A stretch of 38,492 bases of DNA from a virus: the IMG/VR virus record IMGVR_UViG_3300022756_000003. The stretch is one strand, 5' to 3'. Position 1 is the first letter of the stretch. Each line of letters begins with the position of its first letter. The notes under the pieces were generated by a model. The model ran no database searches. It worked only from the letters and a program-made list of their open reading frames with translations, and was not told where the DNA came from. Below are positions 1-7,722 of this stretch, one piece after another. The translations under genes were made by a program, and so were the position numbers.

Positions 1-127
1 CGCTTCCACACAGCGCCTCGTTACAATGAGGCCCCGGCCAGGTTGGAGCCTGCCGGGGCACGACACCGAAGGAGTGAACTTCGATGCCCGTCCATGTTAG
101 CCCACCCAAGTACCCCGGGAAGTCGCG
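1..127. repeat. Terminal direct repeat, copy 1 (identical to 38366..38492)
   Basis: Bases 1-127 (cgcttccacacagcgcctcg...gggaagtcgcg) recur exactly as the last 127 bases, so the unique unit is 38365 bp. 127 is also a common maximum assembler k-mer, so this most likely marks a circular assembly path rather than a measured physical end. Confidence 0.95.
22..27 (+). promoter_or_regulatory. Candidate -10 hexamer TACAAT upstream of HNH gene 84..494
   Basis: TACAAT is a rare AT-rich hexamer in the 72-bp divergent spacer between the minus-strand start at position 11 and the plus-strand ATG at 84. An AAGGAG RBS lies at 69..74. No convincing -35. Confidence 0.3.
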
Positions 128-494
128 GCCGGGCAAACTCCGCGATGGCGACAAGGCTCGTGCGCACCGGCGCATCTGGTACCTCATCAGCGTCGGGCGC
201 CTCCCCAGTCCCCGCGCGTTTGCGTGCATGGACTGCGGGGCACCGGCTCGAGACTACGACCACTACCTCGGGTACGCGGTCATCCACCACCTGGACGTGG
301 AGCCGGTCTGCCACTCCTGCAATATCAAGCGCGGCTTCGCCCGGGGGGAGTTCCGCTCGCGCAAGGGCCAGGGGCAGAAGACCTTTGCCTGCCGCGTCTG
401 CGGGCGGGAGGAAGGCCCGTTCCGGCATGGCCGCTGCAACCGGTGCCGCCAGTACTTCGACGTCCACGGCGCTGACCGTCTCGGCCCCCCCTAG
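84..494 (+). CDS. HNH endonuclease with C-terminal Cys4 zinc ribbon
   Basis: 136 aa. ATG 84 preceded by AAGGAG. High third-position GC. Motifs CMDCGAPARDYDHYLGY...HHLDVEPVCHSCNIKR (HNH-type) and CRVCG...CNRCRQY. The start lies inside the terminal repeat. The gene is opposite in strand to both neighbours. Confidence 0.85.
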   Translation: MPVHVSPPKYPGKSRPGKLRDGDKARAHRRIWYLISVGRLPSPRAFACMDCGAPARDYDHYLGYAVIHHLDVEPVCHSCNIKRGFARGEFRSRKGQGQKTFACRVCGREEGPFRHGRCNRCRQYFDVHGADRLGPP

Positions 495-513
495 CTCCCG
501 GCGCACGGCATGG

Positions 514-660
514 CTACGGGCTGAACAGGAAGGCTAAGGCCAGGAAGCAGACCGCCGCCGACAGCAGGCTAAACCGGGGCGGCGCGGCGGGCACGTACAC
601 CGCCGCGATGGCCGCCAGGATGGCGGCGATGAGCAGCAGGATGAAGTGGATGCTGGGCAT
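514..660 (-). CDS. Small two-TM membrane protein, holin candidate (not in the ORF track, 48 aa)
   Basis: ATG 660 sits 7 nt after AGGAG and 11 nt downstream of the endolysin stop. Translation: MPSIHFILLLIAAILAAIAAVYVPAAPPRFSLLSAAVCFLALAFLFSP, two hydrophobic helices. Stop TAG at 514..516. Confidence 0.6.
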   Translation of the reverse strand: MPSIHFILLLIAAILAAIAAVYVPAAPPRFSLLSAAVCFLALAFLFSP

Positions 661-670
661 CGGCTCGCTC

Positions 671-1558
671 CTATCCGTTCCAGCTCACCGGTTGCCCGGG
701 GAGCCACGCGGCGACGCCCAGTTCGAACGCCTGGAAGCGCCCCTCCGGCTTGTCCTCGCTCGCCGGGATGACCTGCTCTTCGCTGACCGGGCGGCCCCGG
801 TAGCGGCCGGCGATCCACTCGTCACGCCACGCCGTGGGGAGGGCGAAGCCGGGGTCGGTGGCGCGCCAGTAGTCCCCCCAGAGGGCCGCCTGGACGGCCG
901 CCTGCTGCGCTCCGGTCAGGATCACGAATACCTCCTGCGGCGGCGGGGCCGCCCCCAGCTCGTTCGCTCGTGCCACGCTCGCCCAGAACCAGTCCTGCGG
1001 GTCAAGGGTCACCGCCGCGACCTGGGCTTGCGACCACCCGGTTTGCCAGAAGTCCCACGAGCCGCCCGGCGGCACGTCGTGCCAGAGGGCCAGGTGCAGG
1101 TGGGCGTACGGTTGAAACCCTGACCTCCCGCACGTGCCCAGCTGTTCGCCGGCGACGACCCGTTGCCCGGGGATGACGGTCATGGTGTTGAGGTGCGCCG
1201 CGTGCAGATAGCACCGCTCGGCCGCACGCTCGTCGTCGAGGTACAGCGCGAGGTGGTTCCCGAACCCCTGGCTCACCCCATTCCACCAGAGGACGTCGGT
1301 GACGACCCCACCGAGCGGGGCGACCACCGCCGCGCCCAGATCTGCGTCTCCCCCGCCGAGGCTATTCGCATCAATCGCCTCGTGGAACGCGCCACCGGCG
1401 TCACTCCATTGCAAGTAGCTGTAGCCGCCCATGAGGACGGCCGCTTCGCCGCTGCCGGCGGTGACGCCCTGGAGGACGACGTAGACGCCCGACACCTGGT
1501 CCACGGCGGGGATGGTGGTCGGGGTGAACGTCGGCGGCAGGTCGTTGGGGTGGGGCAT
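671..1558 (-). CDS. M23 (LytM-type) zinc peptidase, probable endolysin
   Basis: 295 aa, ATG 1558. Motifs HEAID (HxxxD), YLHAAHL, GQRVVAGEQLGTCGRSG and AHLHLAL (HxH). About 110-aa C-terminal domain of unknown type. A small TM ORF follows directly. Confidence 0.9.
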   Translation of the reverse strand: MPHPNDLPPTFTPTTIPAVDQVSGVYVVLQGVTAGSGEAAVLMGGYSYLQWSDAGGAFHEAIDANSLGGGDADLGAAVVAPLGGVVTDVLWWNGVSQGFGNHLALYLDDERAAERCYLHAAHLNTMTVIPGQRVVAGEQLGTCGRSGFQPYAHLHLALWHDVPPGGSWDFWQTGWSQAQVAAVTLDPQDWFWASVARANELGAAPPPQEVFVILTGAQQAAVQAALWGDYWRATDPGFALPTAWRDEWIAGRYRGRPVSEEQVIPASEDKPEGRFQAFELGVAAWLPGQPVSWNG

Positions 1559-1559
1559 C

Positions 1560-1805
1560 TCACGCCTTCGGCGCCACCGGCTCCAAGTGCGCCTCAGAAA
1601 TAACCAGGGTGTACTCCTGCCCCTCGGGGACGCCGCTGGTCTCCAGCAGGGCCAGCAGCACCACGCCCATGCTGCGCTCGAGCTGGGCGGCGAACTGCTG
1701 CCGCGTGCGCGGGCCGATCACCAGCCACTGCCCGGGGGGGCGGTCGGGCGGGAGCGGGGCCACGGCCTGCCCGTTGGCGGGGGGCGCTTCGGGGAGCGCG
1801 GCCAT
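1560..1805 (-). CDS. Hypothetical protein (81 aa)
   Basis: Only the 3' part of track ORF 1560..1961 looks coding: MAALPEAPP...TLVISEAHLEPVAPKA. ATG 1805 lies 2 nt after the upstream stop. Tightly packed in the late operon. Confidence 0.65.
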   Translation of the reverse strand: MAALPEAPPANGQAVAPLPPDRPPGQWLVIGPRTRQQFAAQLERSMGVVLLALLETSGVPEGQEYTLVISEAHLEPVAPKA

Positions 1806-1807
1806 CC

Positions 1808-2083
1808 CTAACTCCCCCAGGTCTTCGACAGCCATTCCAGGGCCTGCACCGCGTCCGTGATGGACGGGATCTCGCCGCACGCGGACTTGAAGAGGTTGGC
1901 CTCCTCCGGGCTGTACCCGTAGAGGTCGGTGAGCTGCTCGGCGGTGTACGCCGCCTGCCACTCGTAGAGGCTCGCCAGCCCGGCGGCGGACTTCTTCAGG
2001 GTCTGGGCGTTCCCGCCGATGGCGGCGTCCAGACTCGCCTTGTTGACCGGGACGCCGACCTGGGGCGGGCTGCTTGCGGCCAT
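1808..2083 (-). CDS. Hypothetical protein (91 aa) downstream of the tail fibre
   Basis: Balanced composition (…LYEWQAAYTAEQLTDLYGYSPEEANLFKSACGEIPSITDAVQALEWLSKTWGS). The ATG overlaps the tail-fibre stop (TAATG). Confidence 0.8.
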   Translation of the reverse strand: MAASSPPQVGVPVNKASLDAAIGGNAQTLKKSAAGLASLYEWQAAYTAEQLTDLYGYSPEEANLFKSACGEIPSITDAVQALEWLSKTWGS

Positions 2084-3315
2084 TACGCTGCTCCTTCTAG
2101 GCTCTGCACACGCTGATCGAGCTGCTGCAAGGCAGCCAGTAAGACGCCGATTGAGCTACCGGGGCTGGTCTGCCCCTCCCCCACCAGAAAGAGGGGGTCG
2201 CAGTCCTCCGCAATGAAGCCGTGCTGGTGGAGGGCGGCGGCCACCAGGGGCGCCGCCGTCAGGCGCTGCTGGAGCACCGCCTCGGCCTGCTCCGGATCCT
2301 CCGGCAGGTCGTACCACTCCGGCCCCCGCCTGGGGGCCACGTAATCGAAGGTCACGGCGGGCGTGTCCCTGACCGCTTGCATCGCTCGCGCCGGGTCGAG
2401 GGGGGTGATGCCCTCCTTGGCGTCACGGGATGACGTGTTGATCGCCCCGGCCACGGCGGCCACGAGCACCCATCGGGTGGAGGGGTGCCCGCAGTACGCC
2501 TGGTTATCGAGCGTCGGCCCAAACCCCCAGGCGTTGTTGGCTTGGACGGCCCAGTTGCTGCTCATATCCTGGTGCGGTCGGAGGTACACCACGCCGACCC
2601 CGCTGCCGCCCGCTCCGAGGTCGAGGTTGTTCGTGGCCGACCGGATGGCCGCCTGTCCCCCATCCGGGGACAGGGTAAGTGTCCCGGTGGGGGCGAGCTT
2701 GAACCGCTCCACGCCCAGGCTGACCGGGTTCGCCCCGGCCGGGGCGCTGTTCATCGTGATCTGCCCGCCGCCGATGGTGAGCATCGCCGCCGGGCTGCCG
2801 GTCGCGTCCCGCACCCAGTTGGTGCCGTCGTGCCAGATGTTGCTCGTGAGGTCGAGGCGTTCGCCGCCCGCGATCTGGCCGATCCGTGCCGGAGACGGGG
2901 AGCCGGTTGACCACATCGCCAACGAGGCCCGCGTGCCGTCCACCCGCAGCGCCCCCGCCCCCGTGCGCTGCAGGGTGGCGTCGGCCACGCCCGCCGGCTT
3001 CGCCCCGAAGTAGAGGTGGTCGCGGATGATGGCGTCGCTGTTCATCGCCACCTGCCCCGTGAACGGCTTGCTCCCGTCCACCAGGGCGTAGGGCAGCAGC
3101 ACGGCCGGGTCGAGCTTGTCCACCGTGATCGACCCGGGCGGGATGGAGGCCACGGAGATGGGGGCGCCGTTCACGCCCCCGGTGTGGTTGTGGTCGCTCA
3201 GGCGGCGCAGCGCCGTCCACAACCCGCCGTCGGGCAGGGTGCCCGTCTCGTAGCGGCGGATACTGTCCCCGTCCACCGGGGCGGGCACGCTCATCACGCC
3301 AAGGGCGACCGTCAT
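2083..3315 (-). CDS. Tail fibre/spike protein with S74 intramolecular-chaperone C-terminal domain
   Basis: Only the last 410 codons of track ORF 2083..4962 are credible (MTVALGV…; ATG 3315 after AAGGA). The upstream part is an Arg/Pro/Gly shadow overlapping gene 3327..5477. C-terminus NTSSRDAKEGITPLDPARAMQAV..FDYV..HGFIAEDCDPLF..IGVLLAALQQLDQRVQSLE fits the autoproteolytic chaperone domain of phage fibres. Confidence 0.85.
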   Translation of the reverse strand: MTVALGVMSVPAPVDGDSIRRYETGTLPDGGLWTALRRLSDHNHTGGVNGAPISVASIPPGSITVDKLDPAVLLPYALVDGSKPFTGQVAMNSDAIIRDHLYFGAKPAGVADATLQRTGAGALRVDGTRASLAMWSTGSPSPARIGQIAGGERLDLTSNIWHDGTNWVRDATGSPAAMLTIGGGQITMNSAPAGANPVSLGVERFKLAPTGTLTLSPDGGQAAIRSATNNLDLGAGGSGVGVVYLRPHQDMSSNWAVQANNAWGFGPTLDNQAYCGHPSTRWVLVAAVAGAINTSSRDAKEGITPLDPARAMQAVRDTPAVTFDYVAPRRGPEWYDLPEDPEQAEAVLQQRLTAAPLVAAALHQHGFIAEDCDPLFLVGEGQTSPGSSIGVLLAALQQLDQRVQSLEGAA

Positions 3316-3326
3316 TCCCGCGTCCT

Positions 3327-5477
3327 TTACAAGTCGTCGGCGTCGAGGTACGTGAACGTATCGGCCAGGTCGGAGTACACCCGCTCGAAGTAGCGGCTGA
3401 ACAGCCCCCTGACCTGGTTGGTGCGGTAGGCCACCAGGGTGACGTCGATCAGGCCGCTCAGCCCGTAGCGGCGCCCCCTGCCGCTCTGGGGCATCCGGTC
3501 CTGGTAGGTGACGAAGGTGAAGTCGCCGGCGGTCTCGTCCGGCAGCACCAGGCGCACCGTGCTCGGCGCGTCCGCCGCCTCCACCAGCAGCGCCCGGATG
3601 GCGCCGGCGGTCAGCCGCGAGGTGGCGCCGTCCCGGCGGGGGGCCCAGTCCGTCGCCCGGAGGGTGAGGGCGTACTCGGCCCGGAAGGCCGGGCGCAGCT
3701 GCTCGCGGAGGATGAGGGAGGCGACCACCGGCGTCTGCAGCTTCGTCCACTCGGCCAGGGTGGGGCCCGGGGGGTACGGGCCCGGCTGCGGGCCCGGGGC
3801 GGCGGGGGGCGCCTGGGCCCCGTACAGCTCCCGCACCTCCACCACCTTGCCGAGGGTGGGGGCGGGGAACATGACCCGCTCGGCGGTCTGCCACAGGGGC
3901 CGGGCGAGCTGGTTCCAGGGCGCCGTCTCCCCGTCCGGGTCGACGCGGTACTGCACGTCCACCCAGCGGTAGGGGTCGAGGTAGGGCCCGGTCACGTCCG
4001 CGGACAGGTAGCCCTTCAGGTCGGCCGGGGCGTCCATGCTGTGCCGGGGCCAGCGCAGGAAGGACAGGGCGGTGGTGTACTCGTAGCCGCTGTTGGGGTC
4101 GAAGGGGTTGGGGCCGCTGCGGGGCTGGGTGATCCACCCGTACCCGCCGTCGGCGAAGCCGGCGTACAGCCGGGGCACGGCGGTGGCGGGGTCGCTGCCG
4201 GCCACGCTGGGGGTGTTGACGTACTTCAGGGAGGTGATCTCCCGCCCCTCCCAGACCACCTGCGCCCCGTCGTAGGCGTCGACGAACTGGGCCGCGCCCT
4301 CCTCGTCCCCCTCGGACGGGGCCCAGTTGCCGTACCGCAGCAGGAAGCTGCAGGGGCCCACGAACCCGTCCGGCGCGGTGCAGGCGGGGTTGTACTGGCC
4401 GGCGAAGGCGTAGTAGCCCAGGGCGCCGGCGAAGGCGCCCACGGGCCCCCGCACGGGGGAGGTGTTGGTCTGCACCCGCTCCGGGCCGATGGGGTCGAAC
4501 TGGGCGGTCTCGGTGCCCGTCAGGCGGTAGAAGCTGTTGCCCGAGCGGAAGTAGAGCTGGTTGAGCCAGGGGGTCGGGTTGCGCCCGTTGCGGGGGTCGC
4601 GGGTGCTCTCCAGGCCCCGGAAGAGGCAGACCGTGGTGGTGTCCGCCTGCATGGCCCACACCAGCCCGTCGTCGGTGAAGAAGTACATCCGCCCGGCCAC
4701 GTCGGCCATCCCGCTGATCGGCGCGAGGCCGTCGCCGCAGGACACCGGGAGCGTCCAGTCCGCGTTGGCGGACGGGTCGCCCTCGCACTTGGTCACGAAC
4801 TGCCCGTCGGCGCCCCACAGCTCGTCCCGCGTCGTCCACAGGAGGGAACGGGTGCCGATGGTGGTGACCTGGTTCCACACGCTGCCGTTGTAGCGCCAGA
4901 TGCGGGACAGGTTGTCCGTGACGTACAGGTGCTCGAGCGGGGAGGGGCCCCGGGTGCGCCACCGCGCGGCGCTCCGTGCGTAGTTACCGGCCCCCAGGTC
5001 GAGGGAGACGGGCTGCTGCCCGGGCAGGTCGCCGGCGTGGCGCCGCACGTAGCGCCCGGCCAGGATGAACAGGGCCGAGGCCCCCGCGTGGGTGCCCTCC
5101 ACGAAGCCCAGCACCGCGCCCTCGGCGACGCCCCCGGTGTCTGCCGGGTGCCACGCCGGGCCCCGCCCCCGCATGGTCAGATAGGTCTGGCAATTCCAGC
5201 CGTAGAAGTACCTGGGCGTGGTGCTCCCGTTCTGGGTGCGCTCCCCCATGCCGAGGTAGGGGCGCCGGTAGACGAACGCGCGCTCCTTGTAGACGTCCGA
5301 GGTGGCGTACTCCTGGCTCTCCGGGAAGGTGTTCGCCCCCAACGGATCGACCCGGCGCGAGACGTGGCCGTCGTTCGTCATCAGCCCGTACTCGCGGCCC
5401 GCATCGCCCGGGTTCACCGGGTCGCCCTGGGGGTCGAAGACCTGCCCGCCGCCGGGGCCACCGAGGGCGGGCGCCAC
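3327..5477 (-). CDS. Large tail protein, beta-propeller-like (nozzle / tubular-B-like candidate)
   Basis: 716 aa, GTG 5477 (alternative ATG 5381). High GC3. Recurring aromatic beta-strand-like blocks (IWRYNGSVWNQV, LLWTTRDELWGADG, MYFFTDDGLVWAM, LYFRSGNSFYRL). Lies just upstream of the tail fibre. The function is inferred from position only. Confidence 0.8.
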   Translation of the reverse strand: MAPALGGPGGGQVFDPQGDPVNPGDAGREYGLMTNDGHVSRRVDPLGANTFPESQEYATSDVYKERAFVYRRPYLGMGERTQNGSTTPRYFYGWNCQTYLTMRGRGPAWHPADTGGVAEGAVLGFVEGTHAGASALFILAGRYVRRHAGDLPGQQPVSLDLGAGNYARSAARWRTRGPSPLEHLYVTDNLSRIWRYNGSVWNQVTTIGTRSLLWTTRDELWGADGQFVTKCEGDPSANADWTLPVSCGDGLAPISGMADVAGRMYFFTDDGLVWAMQADTTTVCLFRGLESTRDPRNGRNPTPWLNQLYFRSGNSFYRLTGTETAQFDPIGPERVQTNTSPVRGPVGAFAGALGYYAFAGQYNPACTAPDGFVGPCSFLLRYGNWAPSEGDEEGAAQFVDAYDGAQVVWEGREITSLKYVNTPSVAGSDPATAVPRLYAGFADGGYGWITQPRSGPNPFDPNSGYEYTTALSFLRWPRHSMDAPADLKGYLSADVTGPYLDPYRWVDVQYRVDPDGETAPWNQLARPLWQTAERVMFPAPTLGKVVEVRELYGAQAPPAAPGPQPGPYPPGPTLAEWTKLQTPVVASLILREQLRPAFRAEYALTLRATDWAPRRDGATSRLTAGAIRALLVEAADAPSTVRLVLPDETAGDFTFVTYQDRMPQSGRGRRYGLSGLIDVTLVAYRTNQVRGLFSRYFERVYSDLADTFTYLDADDL

Positions 5478-5538
5478 GAAGGCGAGGCGGACGTCGTACG
5501 GGTGCGGGCGCGTCCTCGAGGGGGGGATGGCGCGGCTC

Positions 5539-6516
5539 CTACCAGGCCCCGTAGGGGTCGTTCTGATTCACGACCGCGCCCGCCAGTGCCCCGGTCCCGC
5601 CCAGGCCGCTCGGGCTGCTCGAGGCGCTGCGACCCCAGGGGGCGCGCGGGCGGTCGGGGCGCTCGTTGCTGGGCCGGAACAAGAAGTCGGCGTAGATGGA
5701 CGCGCAGCGGGTGGCCTCGGCGGCGGCCTCCTCGTGGGTGGGGAAGCGCCCCTCCGCGGCGCTGGCCTCCAAGCGGTCGCGGTGGCGCCGCCAGCACTCG
5801 GCGTGGGCCAGCGCGGCGACGTAGTCCAGGGGCACCGCCAGCTCGTCGGCGTCCTCCGCGGGCCCGGCGGGCGCGTCGAGGTCGTCGACCAGCCCGAAGG
5901 CGTCCCGGTAGGCCCGCACGGTCAGCCCGGCCGCGGGCACCCCGGCGGGGAGCGCCAGGTAGAGGCGACCGCGGGTGGCGTAGCACGACCAGCCCCCCGG
6001 CCCGGGGTCACCGTACCGCCCCGGCGGGGCGACCCCCGTCCCCCCCGCGGCGACGGACAGCACCTGGCGGGGGGCGGTCAGCCAGAACGCCTGGGCGGTC
6101 AGGTCGAGCAGCACCCCGCCCTGCGGGGGCACCACGGGGACGGCCGGCGCGACGACCGGCAGCTCGTCGACGACGTAGCAGCGGCGCAGGCCGGCGCGCA
6201 CGTCCGCCCGCAGCTGCAGGTCGGGGTGCAGGTGGTGCAGCTCGACCGCCTCGCCGGGGGCGGGCGTCCCGGTGTACGGGTAGTCGACCAGCAGGCCGCC
6301 GCTCGGGCCGTCGACGCGGTCGACGGTGCGCACCCGGTCGGTGGCCTGGGTGGCGTCCCGGCGCAGCAGGTAGAGGCCCTCGTAGCCCCCCAGCTCGGCG
6401 CTGGTGCGCAGCCCGGCGACGACCACCGCGTCGGCGGTGCCCCCGGTGGCGGTCAGGGCGTAGAAGGGCCCGACCCGGCTCGCGGTCTCGGCCTCGGCCT
6501 CGGCGAGGGTTACCAT
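5539..6516 (-). CDS. Virion structural protein (adaptor / tubular-A-like candidate)
   Basis: 325 aa, ATG 6516. Normal composition. Lies between the head-decoration genes and the large tail protein. No recognisable motif. Confidence 0.8.
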   Translation of the reverse strand: MVTLAEAEAETASRVGPFYALTATGGTADAVVVAGLRTSAELGGYEGLYLLRRDATQATDRVRTVDRVDGPSGGLLVDYPYTGTPAPGEAVELHHLHPDLQLRADVRAGLRRCYVVDELPVVAPAVPVVPPQGGVLLDLTAQAFWLTAPRQVLSVAAGGTGVAPPGRYGDPGPGGWSCYATRGRLYLALPAGVPAAGLTVRAYRDAFGLVDDLDAPAGPAEDADELAVPLDYVAALAHAECWRRHRDRLEASAAEGRFPTHEEAAAEATRCASIYADFLFRPSNERPDRPRAPWGRSASSSPSGLGGTGALAGAVVNQNDPYGAW

Positions 6517-6520
6517 CGGG

Positions 6521-7135
6521 TCAGGCCGTCAGGAAGGTCTGCAAGCCGCCCACCGTCGCGCCCCCGACCACCCCGGGCTGGACGATCCGGTAGTAGTACC
6601 GCGTCGCCGTGGTCAACCCGGTCAGCGGGCGCGTGTGGGTGGTCACGGTGCCGCCCGTCTCGGTGGCGCTCAGGAGGGGCGACAGGCTGGGGCTCACGCT
6701 GTACTGCACCGTCCCCGGCGGCTGCGCGGGGCTGGTCGTCCAGTTGATCGTCGCGGTGGTCGCCGCCAGCCCGGTGATGGGCTGGTTGACGATGGTCGGC
6801 CCCGGGGGCACGTCGTCCGGGGGCTGGGTGAACGTGTAGTCCTGGCTGTACGTCGGGGTCGGGACGTCGGTGGGGTCGGTCGCCTTCACCCGGAAGTGGT
6901 AGTAGCCCCCCGGGGTCAGCCCGCTCACCGGCATGGCGTGGTAGCCCGCCGTGGGCGTCCGCGGGGTCGTCGTGCCGTAGGCCGCCGTGGTGCCGTACTC
7001 CACCTCGATGTAGCAGGGCGTGGCCGCCCGCCCGGTGTAGCAGGTGACCACGGCCTCGGTGACGCGCCCCTCGCTGCCGGCGGCGCCGGAGCGGGGGACG
7101 GTGAGCTGCACGTCGCGCAGCAGGGGGGCGGCCAC
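6521..7135 (-). CDS. Protein with two fibronectin type III-like domains
   Basis: 204 aa, GTG 7135. Two copies of the FN3 signature (…VSGLTPGGYYHFRVKA… and …LTGLTTATRYYYRIV…), each preceded by a W/Y core. Confidence 0.85.
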   Translation of the reverse strand: MAAPLLRDVQLTVPRSGAAGSEGRVTEAVVTCYTGRAATPCYIEVEYGTTAAYGTTTPRTPTAGYHAMPVSGLTPGGYYHFRVKATDPTDVPTPTYSQDYTFTQPPDDVPPGPTIVNQPITGLAATTATINWTTSPAQPPGTVQYSVSPSLSPLLSATETGGTVTTHTRPLTGLTTATRYYYRIVQPGVVGGATVGGLQTFLTA

Positions 7136-7137
7136 CG

Positions 7138-7410
7138 CTACGCCGCCTCCGGGGGCGGGTCGAACTGGCCGGGGATGATGGTCGGGTCGAGCGGCCCGCC
7201 GGGGAGGGCCGAGACGGCCCCCTCGGTGGTGTAGGCCACGTGCCCGGTCTCCAGCAGGATCGTCCCGCCCGCCTGCTCCCCCGTCACCGTCACCGGCGTG
7301 GTGGTGAGCCGCGGGTCGGAGGAGAGCTTCGGGGTCGCCCCCAGCGTGCCCACGATGGGGCGTAGGGTGCCCGCGTCCTTCTCGTGCTCGGCGTCCTTGC
7401 GCGCGGCCAC
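7138..7410 (-). CDS. Hypothetical small virion-module protein (90 aa)
   Basis: GTG 7410 overlaps the upstream stop by 1 nt. High GC3. No motif. Confidence 0.7.
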   Translation of the reverse strand: MAARKDAEHEKDAGTLRPIVGTLGATPKLSSDPRLTTTPVTVTGEQAGGTILLETGHVAYTTEGAVSALPGGPLDPTIIPGQFDPPPEAA

Positions 7411-7718
7411 TACTTCTTTCCGCCCTTCTTGTACCCGCCCTTGGGCTTCTCAGCCATCTCTTTGAGCGTGCTCTCGCTCATGCCGGTGCGGGTCTTCTGG
7501 CCCTTCTCGGCGCGGGCCAGGTCGGCTCCGAAAAACTTCTGTTGTTTGGCGCTCTTTGCCGGGGACACGTCAACCTCCGGTTCCCGCGGGGCGAGGCGAT
7601 AGGGGGGCTCGTTGAACGGCGGCAGGCCGACAAGGAAGTCCAGCTCGTCGTCCGTGAGCGTGGAGGGAGGGGCCAGCTCCGGCCACCGGCGGCGGTCGTA
7701 CCTCCACTCCACGCTCAT
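7410..7718 (-). CDS. Small basic protein with DUF3008-like C-terminus
   Basis: 102 aa, ATG 7718. C-terminal SAKQQKFFGADLARAEKGQK…MSESTLKEMAEKPKGGYKK resembles the DUF3008 pattern (KAQQR.FGAA.A.K.G…MS..EL..FA). Confidence 0.75.
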   Translation of the reverse strand: MSVEWRYDRRRWPELAPPSTLTDDELDFLVGLPPFNEPPYRLAPREPEVDVSPAKSAKQQKFFGADLARAEKGQKTRTGMSESTLKEMAEKPKGGYKKGGKK

Positions 7719-7722
7719 CGTC

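Noticed and set aside
1-127. Terminal repeat as IS/transposon ends or LTR-like element
   Set aside because: The repeat is direct, exact and located exactly at the two contig ends. It contains ordinary promoter and gene-start sequence, and no transposase is present.
2083-3315. Diversity-generating retroelement acting on the tail fibre
   Set aside because: There is no reverse-transcriptase-like ORF in the window. I saw no template/variable repeat pair matching the fibre C-terminus.
3316-4962. N-terminal 549 codons of track ORF 2083..4962
   Set aside because: The translation is RP-rich and overlaps the credible 716-aa gene in another frame. The real tail-fibre ORF starts at ATG 3315, behind an RBS and 12 nt after that gene's stop.
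4041-6593. 850-aa plus-strand ORF
   Set aside because: It is antisense to three well-supported structural genes. The translation is Arg/Gly/Pro/Ala-dominated with no motif. This is the typical GC-shadow frame of a ~70% GC genome.
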